Below the pieces are notes generated by a model, which was not told where the DNA came from, did no database searches, and saw only the letters and a list, made by a program, of their open reading frames with translations. Shown here one piece after another: positions 1 through 13,255 of a DNA stretch of 64,000 nucleotides (position 1 is its first letter; each line of letters begins with the position of its first letter). This stretch comes from Eledone cirrhosa (lineage: Eukaryota), in the NCBI GenBank assembly GCA_964016885.1, contig OZ024743.1, positions 170,624,001-170,688,000 of the forward strand, written 5' to 3'. A program made the position numbers and the translations under genes.

Positions 1-140
1 ACACCCATTACAGAGAGTTTCGCCATAAGTCTTTTGTGTGGCACAGAGTTAAAAGCCTTAGCGAAGTCAAGGTAAACAACATCCACCCATGAGCCGCTGT
101 CAGTGATCTGGGTAATGTATTCAAGGAACTCGATAAGCTG
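1..140 (-). mobile_element. CR1-type LINE reverse transcriptase fragment
   Basis: Minus strand reads QLIEFLEYITQITDSGSWVDVVYLDFAKAFNSVPHKRLMAKL, a CR1/L2-type RT motif. Confidence 0.8.
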
Positions 141-699
141 ATTAAAATTAAAATTAAAAGCATAGTGTGGAATACATGCGTCAGATAATACAGATAATAC
201 AAGAGAATAGTCTATTAATTAAATTAGAGAGATAGTACATGCGTTAGTCAGAATGGAAGAAGCAAATGTATCATGCATATATGAGTACTGTATGGCAGGG
301 TATTACATAAAATACAAGCACTTTAAGCGAATATGTTAGTGTATTATGGTGGGTGCAATGCGAGGATATTTTCTGTATAGTTCAAATTTGTATGTGTGTA
401 GAATATGAAAGTTGCAGATTTCACATCTATTGCATAAGTTAAGATATATTTGTATTGAATGTTTGTTATAGTAATGGATTGTAAATTAGTGTTATTTAAT
501 CCATATTTATGGATTAGAGTTGTTTAACTACGGGAATTTTCAACGGTTTAATATCTGGAAGTGGATATGGAATTAAGGGGAGGTAACTAGCTCATTATAA
601 TAATTAAATTCCTTGCTCTAATAGACATTATTTAGTGCCTCAATTGAATCCCTTATATAAAAAGTTATATATTTATATTTAATTTTAAATACAGTCTAC

Positions 700-1385
700 T
701 CTCTCATATGCTGATCAAAGACTACCTTCCTATGTCTACTAAGAACATACCAATACCATCTAAAGATACATATGAAAAATTATTGATCAATAGTGTCAAC
801 TCCTTTATCAATAGAGTGAGATGGAGGACATTCCATTATGATAAAAACAGATCTAACAAAACCAATGATACTAACAATTTGACTCCTTCGGCTTTAAAAC
901 TTTTAAAAGCCCTCCTCACAACACATTATTAAACTCTCTTGAAAATGACCTAATAAAACTAGTTAAGAACATTAAATACAAAAAGCATTGTAATAGAAAC
1001 AACACCTTCTTAAACAAACTTAACTCCACTATTAAAGGATTCAATACAAATAATAAAATTATTGTACATGCAGATAAAACTAATAATATATATAGCCTAG
1101 ATTATGATATATATAGAAAATTTATATATAAAGAACTACATAGGAGCTATAGGAAAACTACTATTAAAAACCTAGAAGATATTAATTTGGAAGGCCATAG
1201 TATAGTGTGTAAATTGGGACTTCAGAGGCATACGCAAGATTCTCTCTGAAGGTCTATAAGGAAGACTAATCTGCCTTTCCAAATCTGACATTGGTATTAT
1301 CAGTAAGAAAATTTTAGATAAAATCATCCCACAGATTAAGCACAAAATATACCTTAACCAGTGGGGAAATACAGGTGGAGTTATT
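700..1385 (+). mobile_element. Penelope-like element, decayed N-terminal/RT-start fragment
   Basis: STKNIPIPSKDTYEKLLINSVNSFINRVRWRTF ... ADKTNNIY ... RLICLSKSDIGIISKKILDKI...LNQWGNT, with frameshifts. Interrupted by an RTE at about 1386. Confidence 0.7.
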
Positions 1386-1958
1386 GAACGGCAAAGCATA
1401 AACAAATTGAGAGAGAGACGAAGCATAAGAGGTATCAAATGTGGTGTGCAGGAGAGGAGATTGCATTGGTATGGACAACAGCTGTATAAAAAAGTACAGT
1501 GCAATCAAATTTGATGGAAGCTATGGAGTGGGTAGACCGAGAAAAACCTGGGGTGAAGTGATAAAAACTGACCTTGCTCACTTATACCTCTCTAAGACAA
1601 TCTCACTGGATCGAGATCTTTAGCGCTATGCAGTTATACAGAAGACCGCCTTCCCTTACATATGAACTTAAACCTACAGTCAGCAGGCACCTCTTAACCA
1701 AATATACACCCCACCCACTCTACACCATCCTCCCACTTCTGTCCACTGTAAAGTGGTTGTGTAGGTGACATGGTAAAAAGGCCCCCAGTCCACACTGTAA
1801 ATGTGGTTGACGTTAGGAAGAGCATCCAGCCGTAGAGAACCTGCCAAAAACAGTTCCGTACGAGCGTGACATGGTCACCCGACCAATCTTGCCTCAAGTG
1901 AGACAATCCGTCCAACCCATGGTAGTGTGGAAGATGGACATTAAACGATGATGATGAT
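1386..1958 (+). mobile_element. RTE LINE 3' fragment (family A)
   Basis: RTE C-terminal motif GRPRKTWGEVIK, then 3' UTR and (GAT)n tail. Related to the copies at 35005 and 61326. Confidence 0.85.
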
Positions 1959-2087
1959 TATTATATTATTTATGTTCCGGTGCTTAGATGAGTTTGAAAA
2001 TCTTCAAACTTATCTATGTGCCTGAAGACTAGGTCACAAATTTGATCCGCCTTTTTTCACATCCACAGATATTTTATTATATATATG

Positions 2088-2875
2088 TCATCATCATCAT
2101 TGTTTTACGTCCATTTTCCATGCTAGCATGGGTAGGATGTGCTGTCCCATTGTGAGAGATCCAGGTGAGATGGCTGTGATATACTCACACAGAACTGATT
2201 TTGGCTTGCTTTCTACATCTGGATACCCTTTCTAATGCCAACCACATTTACAGTGTGTGCTGGGTACTTTTTGTCATGACACCTACATGACCACTTTACA
2301 GTGTAGACTGGGTGCTTTTTGTCGTGACACCTATGCGACCACTTTACAGCTTGGGCTGGGCTCTTTTTATTTTAACTCCTACATGACCACTTTACAGTGT
2401 GGCTCCAGGATGACCACTTCATGGTGTGGATTGGGGAATTGAGGAGGTAGATATAGGAGTGAGGTGATTACAGCTAGGGAGGTGTATGGGGTGGGGGGTG
2501 AGAGGTAAGGTGGTGCATACTGGATGTATGTCTCAGCTCCTGGATATGGGAGAGTGGGTCTTCTGTATTACTGCGTAGCGCCAGAGATCTCAGTCCTGTG
2601 TCATTGCCTTAGAGAAGTGTAATTGTGCAAGGTCAGCTTTTATCACCTCATTCCAAGTCTTCCTAGGCATGCCCACTTCATGGTTTCTGTCAACTTTAAG
2701 AACTCTGTTCTTTTTTATACAGCTGTCATCCTTCATACACATCACATGTCCATACCAACGCAATCTCTTGCACATTGCATCTGATCCCTCTTATGCCTAA
2801 TTTCTTTTGCAGTTCATTTATGCTTAGCCATTTGCGTGTATTACAATTGCACATCCATCAAAGCATGGAGGCTTA
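2088..2875 (-). mobile_element. RTE LINE 3' fragment with tandemly repeated 3' UTR
   Basis: RLRWYGHVMCMKDDSCIKK...GMPRKTW on the minus strand. About five imperfect ~45-bp units (accactttacagtgt...) at 2240-2430. (CAT)n tail. Confidence 0.85.
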
Positions 2876-3359
2876 TATATATACATTATCAACATCATCA
2901 TCACCATTTTACAACTGCTGCTTTTCCATGCTTGCAAGGGTTGGACAGGGTTTTTTTCAGCACATCATCCCTCCACTTATCTCTCTGTCAAGACCTTATG
3001 ACATGTTAAAAAAATCATTATCTAAATGAATAGCAAATTGTGAAACAAGATCTTTGTCTGTCTATCCTTAAATGCTTTACCTCCTTAGAACCCCTGAAAT
3101 TCGTTTGCCTATTTTGTCAGACACTGCAACCCCAAACGGGCCAGCAAACTTCAAATTGCTGGCCTTGTGCCACAAGTAGAAACGATTTAAAGTAAAAATT
3201 ATTTGACTATATATCTCGACCAGCTTTGATGTTGCTTTGCACTGGTGCCATCCAGTTCCACACTGTACATGTGGTTTGTGTTAGAAAAGGCATCTAGCTG
3301 TAAAAATCCCAACTAAATTTATGGTTCATGTGAACAAGGTGTGGTACGACGAATCTGGC

Positions 3360-4921
3360 CAGACTCATTATCAGAGCTAGACGAACTTATAAAAAGAAGG
3401 CAACCTGGAGAAGAAAGATTTGGAAGCTGAAAGAACCCTCAGCCAGTAACAGATTTAGAGATATTTTGATCTATCAAAGTAAAGAAGAACAGATAGAGGC
3501 ATTCAATATAGAAGAGTATTGGGAGTTCCTAATAGATAACCTACTGAAGGTGACAGATGAGATTTGTGGTTGGAGTAAGACTACATAGAGAAGGAGAGTA
3601 ACTTGGTGGCAGAACAATAAGGTAGATGAGGCAATTAAGGCATGGAAACAATGGAAGAACGGAGAATGCAGGGTATACTACATAGAGACCAGGAGGGAAG
3701 CTAAACAACGAGTAGACTTAGCAAGAAGGGAAGCGGAGGATAGAAAATTCAAGCATGTTTCGCAGTGCAAGGACCAGAAACAGGAGGTGTTCAGCATTGC
3801 GAAGCAGTGTGTTAGAGATAATTGTGATATCATTGGTGAGAAGTGCGTCCAGTAGGATAAAGACACACTTGGCCTCACAGACGCCAAAAAGAAAGCTACA
3901 TGGAAGAGCCATTATGAAAGATTACTACTGAATAAGGAGAATGCATGGGAGAAAGAGACCCTACCCCAAGTGGACCCCATAGAGGGCTCAGCAGTACAAG
4001 TCAACAGCGGGTCAATTGGGAATAATTGCCGAGATGCTGAAAGCATCTGTGTTGGTAGGTCACACCTTAACCACACGTATTGTAAACCAAGTAATACTAG
4101 ATGGTGTCATACCAAATGATTGGTGCAGCAGCATCATTGTCAACAGCTACAAGGGTAAAGGAGATGCATTAGTTAGAGGAAGCTATAGAGATATAACACT
4201 GATGGACCAGGTGAACAGCAAAGCATAAATGAACTGAGAGAGAAACTAGGCATAAGAAGAATCGGATGCAGTGTGCAGGAGAAGAGATTGCGTTGGTATG
4301 GACATGTGATACGTATGAAAGATGGCAGCTGTATTAAAATGTGCATAACGCTCAGTCAATGGAAGCTGTGGAGTGGGGAGTCCCAGGAAGATTTGGGACG
4401 AGGTGGTAAAAGCTGACCTTGCTGAATTGCACCTCTCAAAGGCAATGACGCAGGACAGTGATCTCTGGCATTATGCAGTATTACAGAAGACCAGACTTCC
4501 CACGAGCACAGGCCAAAACTGAAGCATATAACTAGTATACACTACCCCATCCCACTCACTCCCATACATCTTCCACGAGGACTAGCTGAAGCATACATCC
4601 AGTGAAGCCTCCAACCCACACTTTAAAGTGGTCATGACAGCGACATGGCAAAAAAAGCACCCAGCCCACACTGTAAAGTGGTCATGTAGGGGTCACAAGA
4701 ACCAGTCTAAACTGTAAAGTGGTCATGTAGGCATCATGACAAAAAGCACCCAGCACTCACTGTAAATGAGTTTGGTACTAGGAAGGGTGTCCAGCTGTAG
4801 AAACCAAGCCATAATCAGTTCTGTACAAGCAAAACATAGTCATCTGACCTGGCATTGTTCACAACAGGATAACTCATCTAACCCATGCCAGTGTGGAAAA
4901 ATGGATGTTAAACGGAGATGA

Positions 4922-4924
<3 letters not shown>
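3360..4924 (+). mobile_element. Internally deleted RTE LINE
   Basis: GIIAEMLKAS...IPNDWCSSIIVNSYKGKGDAL, fused directly to the C-terminus, 3' UTR and (GAT)n tail. Confidence 0.85.

Positions 4925-5011
<87 letters not shown>
4925..5011. repeat. (TA)n microsatellite
   Basis: About 43 perfect TA units. Other long tracts occur at about 28178-28242 and 45642-45695. Confidence 0.97.
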
Positions 5012-5015
<4 letters not shown>

Positions 5016-5839
5016 GAAATGTGTGAGATCCTTGGTACATTTAGGTATGTTTGAAAAAAGGAAAAGAATAACTTCACTTGTAGTTGGTATTTTATAACAA
5101 CTTAATTTTATATTGTTATAATTTTCCTCTGTAGATCTAATAAGTCCTTTGTTAACTTCAGTGGAAAGTTTTTATTAAATATCCTGGTTAACTTTCTGGA
5201 GAACTTTCTTGCATTCGTTGGTGGCGATTGTCAAACTGATCTAAAGTTGCAATGTGTTGCTGTATATATATAAGAAATTTGGGTGTGCCTGGGGTAGTAT
5301 TAATGAGAATAAAGGTAGAGGAGTGTTGATGAAAATAAAATTAAGGGAATAAAAACAATAAATAAATAAACAAAAAATAAAAACAAAGAGCAAAATCAAG
5401 ATGATTGATTGGGAATGGATTTGGGGGGTGTTGTGGGTGAGGGAGCCGCATGTGATGGTCAGATTTACTACCTAAAATGTCTTTGGTGAAGGAATAAGAT
5501 AAAAATCAAAGTATAAAACAAAGTTTATGAGTGTTTTTGTTGAGAAAGCAGTATCGATTGACATAAACACATCAAATAATGACGGGATAATTTGTAAAGA
5601 GTGTAAACACACATAGTTGCGTAAAAATTAATGAGAACTTCAAATATAAATACTTTACAGTAATGATTAATCTCCTTTGTATATATTTCATTAAATAAAG
5701 AAATATATTTTACCATTAATCGGAAAATCACAGTCATCAAATCCCGGATCATCGGCAAAGGAGGAGATTTAACTACCTGTGATTACACACTAAATGCAAA
5801 TCTGTAAATGACAAAAAGCATGTATGTTTTTAAAAAAAA

Positions 5840-6310
5840 GTTTTTATCTGTCTGGTGGCCATGGCGAAAGAAGTTGTGTGGTGGACGCACTTGAAAGGGT
5901 TGAAGATAGCCATCTACCTCTTTGGTGAAGCCCTGATTAACTTTTTCAGATTTCACTTGAAGAGGAAAATTAGGGTGGAGAGGGAAGTGCTGCCTTTCAA
6001 CCAGTTTGTTGAAAGGTGTATGAGAGAGACAAGCATGGTTGGTGTGAATGGGCCTGCCTTGAGCATGTGCCTATAGATTGGAGTAGAGAGACTAGGAGAG
6101 AGCACTGTGACCAAGGCTTTTGTGGGATTTCTACATGAGTGACCCTTAGAGTCTCCTCACCTTTGGGGAAGTTGTTAAGTTTGTTTTAGATGTTTATTTT
6201 CTTAGTCTCTTTTATAAATTTTATTTTACACAAAGAAAAACCCACACTGTATTATCCTATATTGTCTTTAATGTTTCCTTAATGTGAGCGCTGTGTGGCT
6301 AATAAAAAAT
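5840..6310 (+). mobile_element. Tx1/L1-like LINE 3' fragment
   Basis: VFICLVAMAKEVVWWTHLKG...FFRFHLKRKIRVERE. Ends gtggctaataaa before (ATT)n, like the other copies in the window. Confidence 0.75.
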
Positions 6311-6338
6311 CATTATTATTATTATTGTGTTATTTCGT

Positions 6339-7290
6339 TTAGCTCAGTTCTGTTTCTGTATTGCTGGGTTCAGCAATAGAACATTGTAGAGAGAGAACTT
6401 GTCTGAGAATGTGTGCTGTTCCTAGTAGCCCAATCTTCTTTAGCGCATATTTGCTGATCTTGCAAGGAAGGATGCTAAGGTGCAGGTCAGAGCATTTGGG
6501 TATTAATCCTAATGCTCCTTTAACCGCAGGGATAGTGTTTGTGGTCATCCTCCACATGTGGTTGATCTCTATTTCCAGGTCTCTGTATTTTGAAAGTTTT
6601 TCCATTGTTTTTACAGATATATTATTGTCGCCTGGTACGGAAATATCTATAAGGCTACATGTCTGATCTGTTTTGTTTTTTATGATGATATTTGGTCTGT
6701 TGGCAGTGATTTCTCGGTCGGTTATCACAGGCTTATCTCACAAGATGGATATGTTGCCCTTTTCCAAAACTGTTTTTGGTTGATTTTCATACCATTTGTT
6801 AGAAGTTTGGATGTCATGAGAGCAGCATCCAGTGCACATATATGGCAATGTAATTTTTGCCAGCTCTGGACACCCAGGGATAACATGATCTACCATTTCT
6901 TCATGTTTGTCACACCTTTCACTCTGTCTATAGGTCTGAGTGTTTAGAGATTGGTCTTGTGCAGCAACTAAGAGACCTTCCAACCAGTACTTCTGAGCCA
7001 TGCTGATTGATATAATTGTCAGAAAGTCGTTCTGGGAATCTACCATGTAGTGGTTTTGCCTTCCATTCACAGTCTAGTTCCTCTGTTTGGAGTTTCTTTG
7101 CTTTGATCTTCAGTCATAGCTAGAGGTGCAGCACTCTGTTGTTGATTTTCTATGGGTATGTCTTGTTCCATGTTCAGTTTTTGCCTAAATGTTTTCTTGC
7201 TTCTTTTGTTATTAAGTGTAGTTTCTTAATTCGTTCATGCTTGAGTACAGGCTTAAGAAGTTCATCTCTGGTGTGGTGGAGGTAGCTATC
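6339..7290 (-). mobile_element. R4/Dong-like non-LTR element 3' fragment (restriction-like endonuclease)
   Basis: LEGLLVAAQDQSLNT...CDKHEEMVDHVIPGCPELA...ITDREITANRPNIII...LIDISVP...EKLSKYRDLEIEI...GALG: zinc-knuckle remnant plus PD-(D/E)xK RLE domain, next to (TAA)n. Confidence 0.8.
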
Positions 7291-7304
7291 CAATCCAATG
7301 GTTG

Positions 7305-7935
7305 CTGTTTTGTATGCAGCTTCCTGCATGCACTCGCCCAGTGTCCGGCATTGCTGATTTTGGGGTTTATGTCAAACGCCTGCAGTCGCGTGTAGGCCAG
7401 ATCCGGCTATCAGCTGAGTCCATCATGAGGATTGCCCCACCACCTTCTTTTAGCCGGGAAAGGCAGGCAGTTTTTATCTGCCTGGTGGCCATGGCAAAAG
7501 AGGTTGTGTGGTGGACGCGCTTGAAAGGGCTGAAGGCAAGCACTTACCTCTTCGGTGATGCCTGATTAACTTTTTCAAATTTCAGTTGAAAAGGAAAATC
7601 AGGGTGGAAGGGGAAGTGCCCAGCAATTTGTTGAAAGATGGGTGAGAGAGGCAAGCATGGTCCTAGTGAATGGGCCTGCTCTGAGTATGTGCCTGTAGAT
7701 TGGAGGTGGAGAACTGGGAGAGGAGGGCACTTGCTCTGGTGGTCAGGGTTTTTTTAATGGGATTTCTCCAAGAGTGACCCTCAAAAGTATTCTCCTATTG
7801 CGGAACTTTCCTTTGTGTCTTTTTTTGTTATTTCCTTTGTTATTGTTTACACACAGAAATGCCCATTTGTACCATCCTGTGCTGTCCTTAATGTTATATA
7901 TACTTATGTCAACCCTTGTGGTTAATAAAGAAAGC
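7305..7935 (+). mobile_element. Tx1/L1-like LINE 3' fragment
   Basis: RVGQIRLSAESIMRIAPP...VFICLVAMAKEVVWWTRLKG. Ends gtggttaataaagaaa. Confidence 0.75.
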
Positions 7936-7939
7936 ATTA

Positions 7940-8150
7940 TTCCCCTTACGGGGGCGATAAAATAAAGTACCAGTAATGCACTGGGTAATTGATGGCCTTG
8001 TGCCAAAAGTAGAAACAATTATTATTATTATTATTAATCTCGCTGAGGTTAACTTTGCCTTTCATCCTTACGGGGTCGATAAAATAAAGTTCCAGTAATG
8101 CACTGGGTAATTGCTGGCCTTGTGCCTAAAGTAGAAACAATAATTTATTA
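7940..8150 (+). mobile_element. Two tandem 3' SINE fragments
   Basis: ccttacggggtcgataaaataaagt(a/t)ccagtaatgcactgggtaattgctggccttgtgcc..aagtagaaacaat occurs twice. Same family as 61040-61320. Confidence 0.75.
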
Positions 8151-8159
8151 TTGGAGTCT

Positions 8160-8455
8160 CAGTCATTGATGTTATTTAACTGGAAAGTTTGTTCAAATGA
8201 TCATCAAACCGTTACCCGCAGCCTCAGATATTCAGGACGTATCGGAGGGTTCTTACTGTTCCTAGCAAGCATGTCTTTTGAAGTATTCCAAAAAAGGGGG
8301 CTAGACTAATGTTCTTTAACCATCCTTGAAAACTCTTTGAGATAGTACCTAGTGCTCCTATGACAATCAGGATGACCTTGATCTCATGAAAGTCCCAAAT
8401 CCTTTTTAATTCCCACTTTAAATCCTGGTATCGGTTAATTTTCTCCTCCCTTTCT
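8160..8455 (-). mobile_element. R4/Dong-like element extreme 3' fragment
   Basis: Minus strand KINRYQDLKWELKRIW...IVIGALGTISK...LQKTCLLGTVRTLRYVL. Confidence 0.7.
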
Positions 8456-8479
8456 TCTTCTTCTTATTATTATTTTTAA

Positions 8480-9697
8480 ATTTCTTTTGAATTCTACTTC
8501 TTTCCCACGCATATTTACAAATGATGCCACAAGGTACAAACAACAGTAAATGCCTTTGCAAGGTTTTTAAATGGATAATGCCCTTCTCAGGACATGGACA
8601 GTGCCAGTCAGCACTATTTTCAGAATACCTGAAAAGCCATCTCTTGCAGAGATGGCTTCTTCAGGTATTCTGTCCAAATATTTTTCTGTTCCCTTTTTTA
8701 TCATTCCAAATGCGCCTACTATCTCTGGTATTGTACAAACCTTAAGATGCCAGATTTTCTCAATTTCAATTGATAGATCTTTATACTTACTGATCTTTCG
8801 GTACTCTTTCAAGGAGATGCTATGATCTGATGGAATGCACATGTCAATTAAGAAACATGTTTTCTCTTTATGGTCCTTCACAATTATATCATGTTTGTTT
8901 GCCTTGATTATTCTCTCAGTATTCACAGGGATATCCCAGAGGATTGTTACGTTCTCACCTCCTGTTACATCTGGGTGATGATTGTACCACTTTCTCTCCA
9001 TTTTCAGACCATAAAACCTATGGATTACCCTGTGTAAGTATTGTCCTATTCTATCATGCCTCGTTTTTTTTTATTATTCCTGGGCAGCTAATAGCTTGCA
9101 GCCTGAAACCAGGTGATCAATGGTCTCAACATGGTCATCACAGAATTGACACTTTTGGTTAATTCCATTTCTGATCACATTGGCTTGAAAGTTGCGCGTT
9201 GAGATGGACTAGTCTTTTGAAGCCAAAATGAAGTCCTCACTCTGTGCCTTTAGCCCAGAACACCACACCCACTGATGGGTGAGAGTCTGATCTACATCAG
9301 GATCTTTGCTATGGAGAACATACTGCCCATACAGTGGTTTTTTGCTCCCATTTAGTGCACAGTCTCTGTTGGCTTTCATGTTTTGCCAACATTTTGATAT
9401 TCTTTGCAGCTTTAATTGCAGAATCACCATTATTATTTTCAAACTGTATTCCCAGTTCTTCCACAAACTTCCTACTTTCCTGTGACTAAATATAACTTCT
9501 TCCTTTTGTGAACTGCAACCATTTTCATCATCTGTGGTTTTAAGGTATTGATCGAGTCAAATGGTCGATATCCTGTATGAAAACTCTAGCTAGATCATTC
9601 CTTTACCTCCATTTTGTCTAGGGAGATAGCAGCGATCTACATCTGCTTTTGTATGATGTATTCTATTAGAAGTTAAAGTTTCCTGATTTTGGTGTCC
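8480..9697 (-). mobile_element. R4/Dong-like element 3' fragment
   Basis: HTKADVDRCYLPRQNGGKG ... GLKAQSEDFILA ... VTILWDIPVNTERIIKANKHDIIVKD...LIDMCIP...KYKDLSIEIEKIW...VGAFG. Confidence 0.8.
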
Positions 9698-9944
9698 ATC
9701 ATCATTATTATTATTATTGAAAAACATAAATATCTCTGAGATTGAACTGGAACAATATAAACAATTGAAACAAAAATTCCCCAATGCAGTTGGGGATTTC
9801 AGAGGGGTTCTCACCAAAAGAATATGCACAGATTCTTGGAGACGCCCATGACCAGCTGAGGGGACGGTTCTACTGTCCCTCCTCCACACGATCAAGGTAA
9901 GTGATCCTTTCTCACTTACTCCGTTCCTCATCCAACATGGTTTT

Positions 9945-12900
9945 ACTTAGAATAGGCAGTGTAAATGCACATGGCTCGGGGTCATCTTGGAAGCAGGGTC
10001 ACCTGCTTAACGATCTCAGATCACTAAACATAGATGTGTTGGCCATCAGCAAGACCAAAATCTCCGAAGCATGAGTCTTCATGTATATGCATCTCCCAGC
10101 CGTCCAGGGGGCAGAGTTGCTGTGCTTTTTGGAGAGGCTTGGATCTCGCCATACTGGCCATCTTCCTGGACCCAGAAGGTATGTCGGTGGTGTTGGACAT
10201 GACCAGCAGCGAAGACAATGCTTTCAGGCTAGTAGCCATCTATGCCCCAAAAGGGGCAGGACAGCCAGATTTCTTCAGATGTCTAGAGATCTTTCTGGGA
10301 ATGTCCTGCTCTTTAGTGTTAGTGGGCGACTAGAATGGTATCTTAGATGCACGCTGGGATTATGTGGGGCTAGTAAATAAGGGAGGAGGATGTAAAAGCC
10401 TCACCAACCTGCTCAGACGTTTTCAACTGTCTGACAGGTATCGATTGGATTATCCAAATGTGCCAATGTAGACAAGGGCAAACCGGATCAGGTCATCCAG
10501 ATAGTGTATTCTGTAGGGAAACAGATAAGGCTAGTGTAGGTTGTCCACAATTTAAAATAGTCGACTACACGGACCACAAATTTATGATCTGTGAAGGTGA
10601 CTTAGATAGACTCCATAGCCAAGGGCTCAGCTACTGGAAGCTGAACGCGTCGTTCCTGGCGCGTAAAGCTTACAGAGACTGGATTAGGAAGTTAGTTGAG
10701 CATGCATAGATGGGTGCGATCGTCAACAACAGGTGGTGGATTGCCTCGAAAAACGCAATTAGAATAGAATCGATAAGGTTTAACAAAGGAGTAGCAATAG
10801 AGAAAAATAGAGTAGAGGGAGAGTTAGAAGAGGCTTTTAGGACAGGCATCGCAACTGACATGCTTGTGGTGAGATTGACACTGGACCAATTCTTCAACGC
10901 AAAGCATGAAGGCTGTGTTGTCAGAACTAGAGCGCATGCTCTGAGATATGAGGGGACAAAAGCCGTCCAATGGATGGGCCCAGGTGGCGGAGCGCAACAT
11001 GGCAACAAAGCCACATTTCGGTCTTTGCCTGACCAAAAAGGGTGCATGTTACTTGAAACCTGAGCAGATGTGTGAGGCTTTTCCACAGCATTTTGTTCAA
11101 CTGTTCGGGAGCAGCAGCGGAGCGGGCCGGATTGGAGTATGAACTTCAGTGCATACCTCGACGGACTGCCGTGGCTCTCAACGATTTCAGTGCAGAATTG
11201 CGAAAAACCGATAACAGTCTGTGAAATACGGGAAGCGATGTCTGACTGCACACGGGGTAAATCGCCCTACGAGCTTTATGCATACATGCCAGACTTGTTC
11301 GGCAACCTCTTGGTGCAACTAGCCGTGGAGGAGCAACTCTGCTGTGAAAAGAAAGGTTATAGACAACAGCCGTGGAGGAGCAACTCTGCTGAGAAAAGAA
11401 AGGTTATAGACAACTTCGGCCCATAACTCTGCTAAATGCAGGGTTCAAGATTTTGGCCAATGTGTTAGCAACAAGATTTTGCTTGTCGTCGGTAATCTGC
11501 AGGGAGAGGTGCAGACATGCACCATTCCAGTCAGATCCATCCACGACAACTTCCACCTCATGCGATTCATCGTAGAGAGGGTGGTTAAGGAACCTGGCAT
11601 GGGTCGGGCCCTGATCAAATTGGATCAATCTAAAGCATTTGATAGGGTCAACCATCGGTACTTGGTGGCGATCCTCAAGGCGGCCGGCTTCGGGCCATTT
11701 TCAGTGGTTGGATCGCTATGATGCACAGTGACATTTGTTTGGTTGTGAAGGTGAACTGTCACCTGTCGCAGCTGTTCAGCACCATGCGCTCGGTCCATCA
11801 GGGTTGTCCCCTCTTGTACGTATTGGCCCTCGAGCCGATACTACACAAATTGGAGGCAATGGGGGGGGGGGGCGCATGAACTGGGATGCGGGAGATCCGT
11901 ATCGGCTTACGCCGAATGATGTCACCGAGGTGGTGTCGAGCACCAGACACCTCCAGATGCTCGGCACCACTCTCAAAGAATATGAAGTAGTGGCAGGAAA
12001 AGTCAAACCAGGAAAAGTCGGTGGGTTTGCAGCTCGGCACCTTGAGAGGCAAGTACATGCAGTCCGGCAGCATCGTGGGGCACTGGACGGAAGGACCAAT
12101 TAAATTGCTTGGGGTCTGTTTCAGTCTGGACCTCCAGATGGAGAAAAACTGGAGTGAGGTGACAAGCAGGGTGGCCTCTCTCACCCAGAAATGGGCCAAG
12201 TGGAAGCTGTCCATGAAAGGTCGGGCGGAGGTGGTGAATGCGTACATCACATCCATCATCTGCTACCGCCTGATAGTCATGCCTTTCCCCCACCCAACTC
12301 TGACCAAAATGGAGTGCTTCCTCTTCCGCTATTTGTGGAAGGGTATGCTCCCTTGGTCAGACAATCCATCTTCTAACAACACCCATTGCATGGAGGACTG
12401 GGCATGCCATGGCTGATGATGCGCAAACATGCACTGAGGCTGCGACATCTCTGGTGCTTCCTTGATGGTGAATATGTGTGGTCGCCATTTGCGAGACGTG
12501 TTTTTCCCCAGCTCATCTCCTAAGCAGAGCTGCACTCCTGGGTGATGAAAAGACTGATAGCGCTTAAAGCTGGCTGGAATGTCTCCAAGCGCTCACCAGC
12601 TGGGCACTAGTATTGGTGGAACATCCTCCTCGGCGTTCTATAGAGAACTAGTGGAGGAGAAGAGCAACAACGTTCTTGGGGAGACCCTGGGCATCGAAGA
12701 CAATCATCTGTTCGCTCTCTTCAAGGTAACTTTCAGCCTGGAGCCTACGGATAACTCCCAAAAATCCCTGGCCTGGTTATTCTACTGGGGAGCGTTGCCG
12801 GTTTGAGATAAGCTCTACAGGCACGGAAGTGCCGTCAGCCAAGCCTGTCCGAGATGCACGCAGGGTGATGAAACCATCGTGCACGCACTCGTTCAGTGCC

Positions 12901-13255
12901 TGAGCATTGCTAACATGTGGGGCTATGTTGAACAGTTGCTGTCGCATGTAGGATGGATCCGGTTATTGACTAAGTCCATTGTGCAGATAGCCCCGCCATC
13001 CTCCTTTGAGGAGGAGGAAGGGGAGGCAGTTTTCATCTGCCTGGTGACCATGGCGAAAGAGATTGTATGGTGGACAAGGTTGAAAGGACTTTTTCAAGTT
13101 TCACTTGAAGAAGAAAATCAGGGTGGAAAGGCAAGTGCTGCTTCTAGTAAGTTTCTTGAAAGGTGGGTAAAAGTGGCGAGTCTGGCCCACTCTGAACATG
13201 CGCCTGTAGACTGAGGAGTGGGAGAACTGAGAGAGGACACTTGCGCTGGTAGTCA
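9945..13255 (+). mobile_element. Tx1/L1-like LINE ORF2, decayed (APE endonuclease, RT and C-terminal Cys region)
   Basis: RIGSVNAHG (APE start), FRLVAIYAP, LVLVGD, DHK, YWKLN, LDQSKAFDRVNHRYL, QGCPL, IKLLGVCF, CPRC...ET..HAL..C. Many frameshifts and stops. Confidence 0.85.

Noticed and set aside
4840-5077. IYIYIY ORFs here and at 28158, 45572 and 62756
   Set aside because: They are translations of (TA)n and (CA)n microsatellites.
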